DNA of 57,783 nucleotides from Basidiobolus meristosporus CBS 931.73 (lineage: Eukaryota > Fungi > Basidiobolomycota): NCBI GenBank assembly GCA_002104905.1, contig MCFE01000562.1, positions 1 through 57,783 of the forward strand, in the 5' to 3' direction. Below the pieces are notes generated by a model. It made no database searches. It was given only the letters and a program-made list of their open reading frames with translations, and had not been told where the DNA came from. A program made the position numbers and the translations under genes. Below are positions 37,608-47,878 of the stretch, piece after piece (position 1 is the stretch's first letter; the number at the start of each line of letters is the position of its first letter).

Positions 37608-39305
37608 CTAGCGTTTACCGTTTACGTATTCCTTCATCCGCTCATAATTTCTTTCGATGGTTCTCCTAGCGCCCCTCCATTTCCCTGGCCCCACCAGGCG
37701 AAAATTGGCTGGCCACCTTGGGGCGAAGAACGATTTCCATGCCAGCTTTAGGCTTCCATGCTCTCTTAGAATGGCCCACAGGGATGGGTAGAATCCGCAC
37801 AGGCGAGCTAAATCATCCAGATATCCTTGATTTGGCTCCCATATAACACGCTGAGTGGAAGGCAGACGCTTCCTCTTATCTTCCAAGTATCGGGAGATCT
37901 CGGTGCTGGATGGAAGTGATATAGCACCGGTCCATAGGGAGGTGATGTATCTATTCTGAACGTCGCTGCAAAAACGTCAGTATAATGTGGATGAAAATAC
38001 TGGAAATTCACGATTACCTCAGGATAAATGTCGAGTCTAGACGAGAAGCAATCTTCAGTTAAGCGGATCACATGTGACACGTGCGAGCCTAAGCTTACCT
38101 ATGGTGAACACAAATCCGAGAAAGGCAATGCTGGGGTCATTCGGAGGGAAGATTCCCTGGTAAAGCCAGAGTGGCCCACGCTCGCAAGAGCTTTTCTGCC
38201 TGGGTTGTCCGCCCAAGACATACTTGTTGACATCGTCCTCTGTAAAGAAAGGAAAATCCAATTTGAATCCGGTGGCCAAAATAATTGCATCTACGTTGGA
38301 CACCACATCACCATTACAAAACTCGATGGATCGGCCATCATCCAAAAACCGCTTTACGGCTGGCTTCGTGAGGACATGGCCAGAGGCCAGTCGCTCAAGA
38401 AGAGCACCGCTAGCTGCTGGAGGCTTCTCCATGAACGAGAGCTTCTTACTAGGATTAAGCCATCCCAGGGGTGGTACCATAATGAAATTTGTGATCAGGA
38501 AATTGCTGAGCCATGTGGGAATGATGGAGGCGAGAAATCGAGAGATCCCCAAGTCGAGCGGGAGCCCCTTGTTGGTTAATCGGGGAAGTATCAACGTCCC
38601 GCTTCGAGAAGAGATCACTACCTCCTCTGCCGTGTAAGATAATTCACCAGCAATGTCACATCCGCTTGTACCAGATCCGATCACAACCACACGCTTGCTC
38701 TGAAACTTGAATGGTTCGTGGTAATCCAACGAATGAATGATTTCACCACGGAATTTCTCCATGCCTTCGTATCTGGCCTCGTTCGAATGATAGTTGTGCC
38801 CAGTGGCAACAATCACATGATCGAATACTTCATCTATCGGCTCGGGGTTGCCTGAGGCAGCACTCAGGTATCTCAGTCTCCAACCGCCGTTTCCCAAGCG
38901 GCTTACATTGACAACTTTGTGCTGCAATCGAACACTATCCACGAGATTAAATTCCTTCGCATAGTTCTCAATGTATTTGTTGACGTATTTTTGAGGAAGG
39001 TATTGGGGCCATCCTGAAGGGAATGGGTAGTCGGGATATGGCGACATGTCTCTACTCATGATGAAGACGATTCCTTTATACATTGGTGTGGGTCCACCCT
39101 TGCATCCCTCGTAATGCCATAGACCACCTAGCCATGGATTCTGCTCAAAACAAACTGGGATGAGGCGCCCCTTGGTTTCCAAGCATGCCTTTACTGCATT
39201 CAAACCGCCAAGCCCTAGTCATACTGTTAATCCCGTGGATACCAGCTTCGTTGAGGTCAAATGAACTATACCTGCACCGATGATAGCTACTCGTTTACCA
39301 GCCAT
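37608..39305 (-). CDS. Class B flavin-containing monooxygenase (FMO)
   Basis: MAGKRVAIIGAG|LGGL (FAD motif, intron 39215-39271), FMO signature FRGEIIHSLDY, NADPH motif GSGTSG, ATGF. 19-nt micro-exon 38018-38036. C-terminal PANFRLVGPGKWRGARRTI. Exact last exon uncertain. Confidence 0.9.
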
Positions 39306-39558
39306 GATTTCAGCCTGAAGATCGTCTGAGCGGGAATTTATAGGCCAGGAGCTTGACTCTGGATCTACAATGGGCAGTGCCATCAGTTGAACCCAGTTAT
39401 AATCCAGTTTGTCCCTGTCCGAGTTGGCATTTGATGTGCCCATTTAAGGAATGAAGTCGTTCTACATAGCATCATGCTGATTTTCTTGATTTTATTATTG
39501 GGTTGCCCAGGAGCATCCAATGAACTGAGGGCAGCCTGATTCATGGAAGCATGGAACA

Positions 39559-40304
39559 TTACATTGCCATCTGTGACCAGGTGATGATCTCCAGGATTGA
39601 TTTCACGATGGGTTTGGTCTCTTGTAATGACATGGGTAAGGTGTGCCCTTTTCTGTGATCGAAGCACACAGTCATGCCATCGCACAGAGAGAGCAGCCCA
39701 AGGCTCTCCTCGTACCACTGGTCTTTTCGTCCGACGATGTGACAGGTGGGAATATGAATTAACCCGTGTCCGGGCGTGCTGGCTTTTTTCCCCATTGCCT
39801 CATATCGATCCCCAGTTTCGATGTTCCAAGGCCGTGTGCCACAAAAGAAGATTGCAAACTTAAACATCGGATAAGGGTGATGTTCGTGATCCCGAATCAA
39901 GATAGCGGCTGCCAGCGCAGCTCCCTGTGAAAATCCCATCACCCCATCGAACGGGCCTTCCTCCTCAATAAACTGTAGCACATAGCTGTGTGCATCCATA
40001 AGTTCCTCTCTGCTTGGCGGGGCGGAGTAAAACGTGCGATAGGGACCAACGAAAAAGTCCCTGATTCCTACGATGAAGCCAATGTTAATAATCGAGAATC
40101 TTTTAGCAACCAAATCGTACCTTCTGCTGGGTCGCAAATCAATGGGGCCTCTAGGAAGGTGAATTCACACATGGAGTCCAACTGTTCCCGGATGGCTCCC
40201 GTTTGAATTCGAAATATTTCGGCACTGGTCCCCATACCGTGGAGGCACAAAATTCTAGACTTGGCATACTTGAATAAAGGAACCCGAGTTAGTGTGAAGA
40301 CCAT
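39559..40304 (-). CDS. FSH1/LovG-like serine hydrolase (possible trans-acting thioesterase), 2 exons
   Basis: RILCLHGMGTSAEIF, GPFDGVMGFSQG nucleophile elbow, IPTCHIVGRKD (Asp) and HRKGHTLP (His); one ~55-nt intron after CDPAEG. Confidence 0.88.
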
Positions 40305-40979
40305 GGTTTTGTCATAGTAGCACTCAAGGACTGATGTTCCTACCATAGCACCAAATACTGAACGAATGAAGAATGGCTGAGTGCATCTCACATTTTATGT
40401 GATGAATCAAGTTAGTCCCACGTTGCTTTCGAGAACCGGTTCAGCGGAAGCTGGCTTCGAGTGGAAGTTTGTGTCACTACGTATGCTGGGCTACACTGTC
40501 GCATTGCTTGTAGCCCGGTTCCATGCAAGCGCTTGCCAAAGAGGGAAATTCCTTTAACACTGAGTCGTACAAAAGCAATTATCCTTCATTGAAGGATGTC
40601 ATCCAATAGTTCATGCAATTTTATCGGCCAGAATAGATCACGAAAGTATATAGAGGCACAGATTACTTCCTTCTAGAATAACCAGTTCCTTGGCGATGTG
40701 ATCAGGAATCCTCGGGTAGCTGAAACCCAGCGGTAAAATAGTCATTCATACCAGCATTCATCCCCAATGTCAAGTCAAGCCCACAACCACTATCGCCATG
40801 CAACATTAGTCATGGGAGCTGTAACTCCATTATCCTGAAATAACCAGCCTTGACGAATGCAGAAGTGGATTGTCATGATTCCTGGGGTGGCAACCGAAGA
40901 TAAATGAGAAATGCTAGAGATATCTCGCAGCATCCTTTCTTACCTCCACTCATCAACCTAACACCAGCCCTCAAGTAAA
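40305..40979. promoter_or_regulatory. Divergent intergenic region shared by the two hydrolase genes
   Basis: Head-to-head ATGs at 40304 (-) and 40980 (+); contains palindrome GAACCGGTTC at 40433-40442. Regulatory role inferred from geometry only. Confidence 0.5.
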
Positions 40980-42449
40980 ATGCCTACTGGACACTTCGTA
41001 TTCAAGGACCCGACTTTCGAGTTTGAATTCATTCGCCTCTTGGGCTACGCCCCATTTGATGGCGCCGATATCGCTGAATGCGTGGCCACAGCTTTGCGCA
41101 TCACTGATGGTGATTTCGAAAGCTGGTACCGGGAATGGTGTGATACCGCTCAACAGGTGAAGGGTAACCTGCAGATTCCCAAGTATAAACGAGAGCTCCA
41201 AATACCTAACAAGATTCTAGCCCAGGGAATGGCTGCGTCGAGGCATGGTGACGAAGTTGGCGCGAGGAATGCCTTTCTGAGAGCCTCCAACTACTACCGT
41301 AGCGCCGAGTTCTTCTTGCATGGAAATCCAACGGACCCACGGGTAGTGGCCACTTGGCAATTGAGTGTCGATGCGTTCCGGCTAGCCTTGGGGTTTTTCA
41401 AGACCAATGTCGAGCTGGTTGAGATCCCATATGAGGTAGGTGACCCGGCAAATACACCACTAATGTTGCACTTGATGTCCCATCTCCTATCATACCATAG
41501 AATACTACTCTGCCGGGCTACCTATTTTACTCTTCAGATTATCATAAGGGGAAAAACGAAGCCAGACCACTCTTGATCCATCACGGTGGATTTGATTCTA
41601 TTCAGGAAGAGTGCTACTTTATGTCCGCGGCTGGGGCAATCTCCCGCGGCTATCATACGCTGATATTTGAAGGCCCTGGTCAAGGAGGAGTTCTAAGAAA
41701 ACAGAACATCAGATTCCGACCTGATTGGGAGGCAGTTGTTACTCCCGTGGTTGATTGGGCCTTAAAGAGGGAAGAGATCGACCCTCTAAAGATAGCGCTG
41801 ATGGGAACCTCACTTGGAGGGTGGGTTAATCATATTCAATGCTGAGCTACAGATCATCGACTAACCCTCCCGCATTAACCACATATTTTTGGCATTTCTA
41901 AGTTTCTTGGCAGTGAGAGCAGCCGCGTTTGAGTATCGCCTAGCGGCCTGCATTTCCATTGATGGCTTCTATGATTTTTGGGAGGTTGGGAAAGCCAAAA
42001 TGCCCGCAGCCTTTATGTCACTCTGGGAGACTGGCATGCTATCTGATTCCATGGTTAGTAGCCTTGTGGCGGGAATCTGCAAGTACAGTCCATCGCTACG
42101 CTGGGAAATCGCCCACACACTGTACTCATTCGGAGTGGAGAATTTTGCCGATGCCGTGACTGAGATCAAGAGGTACAACCTCAAAGATGGGGTGGCTGAG
42201 AAGGTTCGCTGTCCTACTTTAATCACAGGGGCAGAAAAGAGTATTTATTACACGCCAGAATCTCAAAATCGTCCAATCTACGACCACCTCACTTGCAAGC
42301 AAAAAACCTACATGTTGTTCGCTGAAGAAGACGCTGGGGGTGTACACTGTAAGATGGGGGGCCTGCTTCTATGCCATCAGAAATGCTTTGAGTGGCTTGA
42401 TAAGCAACTGGATATCAAGAGAGCGACTCGTGAACTCATCAACAACTGA
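40980..42449 (+). CDS. Alpha/beta-fold hydrolase (S9/FrsA/DHPON-hydrolase-like), 4 exons
   Basis: N-terminal FEFIRLLGY..FDGADIAEC, FLRASNYYRSAEFF, GGFDS..EE, FEGPGQG, nucleophile elbow MGTSLGG, C-terminal GGVHCKMG. Three GT-AG introns (~41156-41207, ~41436-41500, ~41821-41904). Confidence 0.88.
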
Positions 42450-42656
42450 ACCACTTAATAAATATCTTGATCCGTAACAACACAAGAATGTCGTAACATT
42501 AATTCGAAACAAACACCCCAGCTGACTACCCTTGGTACACAGGTAGTGGTGGGTACAGGTGAGTTTAGGAATACTCAGGTAATACAGATCAATGTGGCGC
42601 AAAAAGACTTGCGAGATTTCCTTTATTCGGGGGCCATGTGGTTGATGGGTAGATCT

Positions 42657-44924
42657 TCACATCCCAGGTGAGAATTTCTCTTTGATCTTCACCAAATATT
42701 GATTGGCTTTCAATTGAAGTGTCACCAGATGGACCAATTCTGTATCCTGGCCCGGAATCAGCTCAAATTCGAACATGTGTATAAGCCTTGCCAACACCAA
42801 ACGAGATTCCATCAATGCGAAGCTAACAAAAATGGTTAAAAGGACTCCTCTTTAACAGATCACATGGGCCACTAACTTCTTTCCAATGCAGTTTCGGGTT
42901 CCCGCACTAAACGGGTAATACGCATCCCATGTAGGTTCGGTTCCTCCTGGAAGCCAACGTCCCGGAACAAATGCCCTTGGATTAGCCCAGTAGTGCGAAT
43001 TATAGTGCAAGTGAGTGGTGGAGCAAATGATGGTTGTCTAGTCATTCGTTCATTCGAGAAAGTCGTGTTTAGTGGTTATCAGTGGGCGCACTTGATATTT
43101 CATTACCTCTTGAGGGACGTAGTAATCTCCAAAAGCCACATCACTAGGTGCTTCCCTGGAGAATCCTTCATCTATGTTAGTGATGATTAGATGATGGCGA
43201 TGGGAATGCCTGGCTCCTTACCACCCGCCGCAGGGGGCATTAGCCTCATAGTCTCGTGAATGACAGCGTTCAAATAAGGTAGCTCTTTGGTGGCTGAATG
43301 AGTAGGCACTGAATCTTTGGTTGGGAAGGTAGATTCTATCTCGATTTTTAGCTGCCTCATGGCCTCGGGGTTTTGGAGGAGGAACATGATAGCGAACGCA
43401 ATAGAGTTACTAGTGGTTTCAGATCCGGCCATTCTATATGAATGCATTTAGCGTGGAACAGGTGGGTATTTCCGATGAGTGCTCTTACAAAAACACTATG
43501 ATTTCATCTTGAATGTCAAGATCACTCAGTGAGTCTTCTCCATTTTGAGTGTTAATTAGTACTTGCAGTATGTCAGGTCGGTGGTGCTCGACAGAGCTCT
43601 TCCTTTTATCGATGATCTGTTGCATAAACTTCGCAGGAGAGTTATGGAGGCTGTATATTAGCATTCTGCTATGGCGTTACCTTGTCGATCCATTCATCAC
43701 GAGCGCTAGGAATGAAAGGAATATATTTCAAGGGAGGAAAAATCTGTTGCTGGATGTAAAATTAGTATTAGCTAGTAGAAGAAAACCCATTTTAGTTACC
43801 ATTGCAGTCATGCGCAAAGAGGATGTCAGTTTCTCGGGTAATGGATGCGATCCGTTTGCCACAATGTTGAACGTGCCTCCAAATGCGATTTCGCCAATGA
43901 TATCCTATTACAGGCGCCATTGATTAGACACAAAGGATTGTATGCACAAACTAGTGCGATATACCAAAGCTAGCATATTGAGAGTCTTATATATATCCAC
44001 TGTAGCAGTACCGTTATTACTGAGGCAATCCTTCTGGAACTTGCAGACCAATTCCAGTATGCAGCCTTGCACTAGTGGTTCTAGTGACTTGACGTAGGAT
44101 AATGAAAATGCCGTGGACAAAAGACGACGCTATAGAATCTAGAAGATGAGCCACCGTCACAGACGATCAGAGGGTTTCAATCTTACCCTGCTTTTATGCC
44201 ATGGCTTCTCGGTGGCACTGAAGAGAGTAGGGCGGTGCACTTCTTGGCGAAATTTGATGTACATCTTGGATTTTGGGAAATCCGCTGACACCAACACCTA
44301 CCGCGGAAAGTGAATAGAACGCAATGTACAGGGATCAATCAAAATGAGGTTACTATACCTTTCGAACCGCCTCTTTATCTGCAACTAGTACAACACCCGG
44401 GGCTATTTAAAATGGAAAGACATCGAACAGGTCAACACATTGCTACCAAGGCTAGATACATAGAAATAATGTTACCAACGCATACCACCGACCCGAATTT
44501 ATCGTGCAGCTCCAGAGCATGCTGAAAGCTGTATGTTGCATGGATCAAATTGGGTATTAGGGCTGGAGCTTTTGCATAGAATCAAGTTAAACCTCACAAA
44601 CCCCTTGCCACGTATCGATTGCCATAGCCACGGAAGCCCCGATAAGCGATACAAGAAAGGGCCAGGTATCCTACGTAAAGGATCGAAGAAGAGCGCCTTC
44701 AACATCTAAAGGATTATCTGGTGAGCTTATCCTCCACGAATGAGCCAGAAATTCTGCTCAGTATCTACCGTTGCCAATGCATAAGCCAGAAGACATGTCA
44801 CAGAAATGCCAAATATCCACACTGGCGTGTGATCAGAAAGAGGAAAGGTATCTTCGACCTTGAATGCGGTGGAGACGATAGAAGATACGTTTCCGCTCCA
44901 AGCAGATGGATCAAGAAGCCACAT
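42657..44924 (-). CDS. Cytochrome P450, intron-rich
   Basis: N-terminal TM segment and IPGP motif, I-helix AGSETT, K-helix ETMR, meander PGRW, heme motif PFSAGTRNCIG. Last exon ends ...VKIKEKFSPGM* (TGA at 42657-42659). Some 5' micro-exon boundaries not resolved. Confidence 0.9.
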
Positions 44925-45359
44925 GGTGGTGAGCTAACAAACTTCGTTGGACTCCGCTGAATGTAAACTTCATTCTATATATGGTTTTAAGGGATGACAA
45001 TCGTTGCTTGAAGTTGGATGTTAATTACCCAAGTAAAAGCATTGGGGCCTTCTATCTTTGGTAGGCCCTCTAGTGAGCAGATCATAGCCATTAATGGATA
45101 GTTGTTGAACCATGTCTGTTCCCCAATGTTAATAGAATTCTATACTCCATTGGCAACAATTCACCTGAATTGGCTATAGCCAGTACGGCCCATTCACATT
45201 GTGTAAAACACTTGTATTTGTGAATCCAGGCTGTATTCCTACGTACCACCAAGCACAAACAAACCAAAGTACCGTTTGGACAGTATTCAATAGATGGGAA
45301 ATCACGAAAATCGTTTATTTAACTGATTAGAATTGCCAATCATCCCCAGAGTACAAGAC

Positions 45360-46748
45360 CTACTGATAGTCTCGAAAATCAGTCGTGACGTCATTAGCAA
45401 CGACATCTTGAAAACGTTTTGCATAAGCTCTGCTCATAGATACGGTTACTGTATAGCCCACTCGTATTCCCTTCTTTTCTAACGGATATATCATGACCCA
45501 GTTCTTTACTGGTAGACTGCGACCGTCCAGCAGGTGTGTAAACGAGTTCACTTTCAATCCAAAATCAATTTGATAGATTGGAAATTTCGTCCAATCGTCA
45601 ACATAAAGGGTATTGGAATGAAACCACGGCATGAGATCCATGATCTTGCCAGCCCGCTGCACATCCAATGTCCATTTCATCTGAGAGATCACCTCGGCTG
45701 GTTCATGATGCAAAATAGACCTGCGGATACTTCTTGCTAGCATGGGCATTGCCAGATTCTTCTCCTCCTTGGTGCTTACGCATCCGATAGCATTGCCAAA
45801 ATACCCCACTTTAGGGAGACCGCAATGCCCTCGAACGTCCAAGATGGTGGCCACATTCAGCATCATCTCTTCAGCCGAAGTGAAGATATGGCGATTGAGA
45901 GCATGGACTATATAGGCTTTAAGACAATCCTGCGTGGAAAGATACTCCGAAGGGGAGCTTATGTGTGATAAGCCGGTGGTTAGTTTTCTTTTCAGGATTT
46001 TCGCCGCTTCAATAGGAAAGTAGACTTGGACATGGTCAATGTCATTCCAAATTATATGCCAGATTAACGGGCTATAGCCCTGAATCTTTTCCCACAGAGT
46101 TGATGCCATTCGTGCATGGGCAGTGCCACCTGGGTACTCACAAGGCGGTAGCTGACTGGGATAAGGTGTCGCAATAGACTCCGGTGCTTCCTGGGGATAG
46201 CGAACATGTGTAGGGGCAAGTACGTGTGCTTTCGAGTCTACGTACAATTTAGACCATGTCTGTAGAAATTCAAATATACCAGCCCCATCGGCAACGCCAT
46301 GGCACATGCTAATCCCTAAAGCCCATTGATCAGGTTCGCTTGTAAAGCGAGTTACCTTCACTTTGAATAAAGGCTCATTCTTGTCTCCAGTAGAGATTCG
46401 CATGGCGTTAATTTCGTCGACATATTCCTTAGCATCGGCTTGGTTAAAGCCGCTAAACCTTGATGTCAGCCTAACTGGAATAGGTCTATTCGCCAGTAGT
46501 ATAGTCATGGCTCCTCGAGACAGTACTGAAGGCCTTCGAAATATTCCACAAATGGGAGGATAAAAGGATAATGCGTCCGAGAGAGAGCTCATGAATTTGG
46601 CTTCGTCCAGCTGCCCATCCAAGAGATAATGAAAGCTTACTGGCATGAGAGTGTAGTCTGATGGACTCAAAACCAATTCGGGGTGACCATCCAATGCAGT
46701 TGGCTGCCGAGGCTCGATAAGCACCACAGTTTCTTTCGGAGAAGCCAT
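45360..46748 (-). CDS. CoA-dependent acyltransferase, HXXXD transferase family (BAHD/Tri101-like)
   Basis: 462-aa intronless ORF; CHGVADG (HXXXD), YLSTQD, GYFGNA, and terminal YQIDFG (DFGWG-like). Confidence 0.9.
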   Translation of the reverse strand: MASPKETVVLIEPRQPTALDGHPELVLSPSDYTLMPVSFHYLLDGQLDEAKFMSSLSDALSFYPPICGIFRRPSVLSRGAMTILLANRPIPVRLTSRFSGFNQADAKEYVDEINAMRISTGDKNEPLFKVKVTRFTSEPDQWALGISMCHGVADGAGIFEFLQTWSKLYVDSKAHVLAPTHVRYPQEAPESIATPYPSQLPPCEYPGGTAHARMASTLWEKIQGYSPLIWHIIWNDIDHVQVYFPIEAAKILKRKLTTGLSHISSPSEYLSTQDCLKAYIVHALNRHIFTSAEEMMLNVATILDVRGHCGLPKVGYFGNAIGCVSTKEEKNLAMPMLARSIRRSILHHEPAEVISQMKWTLDVQRAGKIMDLMPWFHSNTLYVDDWTKFPIYQIDFGLKVNSFTHLLDGRSLPVKNWVMIYPLEKKGIRVGYTVTVSMSRAYAKRFQDVVANDVTTDFRDYQ

Positions 46749-47878
46749 ATGGTAATGGTGACAGTAGTATGATTGCGAAGCTGAATGATTACTTATTAAC
46801 GAAACCTGTCAATATATTCTAGACCTACTTGCATCATACACCTTACAGATCATGAGACTTGGAAGAATCGGTCTAAAAACGTGTTTAGCTATCTGTGGGC
46901 GCAAAGTTCTATCGTATCAGAGGTATCTAACATAGACCGTTGGGGCCTTTGATGAGATAGTTTGATGCTGGCTTTCTAGTTGGGATCAATAGAATTGGTG
47001 ACTGATAAACATCTGCCACTTGTATTTAGCCAAGTCAAATATGTCTTTCGGGAATTTATTTCTGTTGTGAATGGGTAACAGCCCAAAACGGTTGCTTGAG
47101 TAGCGTTATTGGTCATCATCACTTCTAATATCATTCCGTGGCTATATTAGGTGGCTACTGACCTCTGGGCACCAGTGCACATCCAATTCTTGTTGAAAGC
47201 TACCTCACGCTTCAGCTCCTATGATCTTGCGGAACATACAATCAAGATTCTGGAAATTGTAAATGGGCAGAGCGTGTATTGTAATGAAATCAAACAATCT
47301 ACCAGATTCTATACAAGTATCGATCCAACGTCAACATACCAGTCCTGCTTAAAACCACTACCAGGAAAAACCGGTAGTACATACTTGTTGCAAGGTTCCA
47401 TAATCAGAACAGTTTATAGTAGAAAAAGTGGGAGGATTTGGTTTGGAATAGTTAAGCGTTAAAGAAGCTATGCTGGCATAATCACAAGTAGTTGGGTACA
47501 AATTGGGCGTGATGCCATTCATACAATATCCACTCGTGTGTAACAAGGTGCAAATATAAGTAGAGGTATTCATCCGGAATAATCCGGAATATACCGATAG
47601 GAACTGAAAGTAGTGTGTTCATTTGTAACGGTAACATGGTAAGGTAACCTGGGTCATCAGATGCCGTCAATGTTGAAGTGAATATACAATACTCTTCTAT
47701 GACTGTATTGGTTACTTATGCTACCCAACTGAGGGAAAACGGTGTGAGTATGCGGCCATTCTATATTCCCAGTTACACTTGACAAGCCTGTTCCCCATAA
47801 TAAATTTCATTTATAACAAGGCCATCCCTCATTCATGTTGCGATATTCAAGTGCCTGAGTACCTTTTCTCTGAGAGCC
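46749..47878. promoter_or_regulatory. Divergent intergenic region between acyltransferase and PKS
   Basis: Head-to-head ATGs at 46748 (-) and 47879 (+); tandem ATCCGGAAT at 47572-47580 and 47582-47590. Function inferred from geometry. Confidence 0.5.

Noticed and set aside
38028-38579. 183-aa plus-strand ORF
   Set aside because: Antisense to the FMO coding exon; no motif of its own.
42369-42602. Possible C-terminal extension of the P450 overlapping the hydrolase 3' end
   Set aside because: Careful translation shows the P450 stops at TGA 42657-42659; this ORF is unrelated.
47151-47462. ORF with a faint TIMP/NTR-like look (HTIKILEIVNG...FYTSID...C...TYLLQG) in the acyltransferase-PKS intergenic region
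   Set aside because: Non-ATG start, no signal peptide or N-terminal CxC, no convincing splice partners; the resemblance is within chance.
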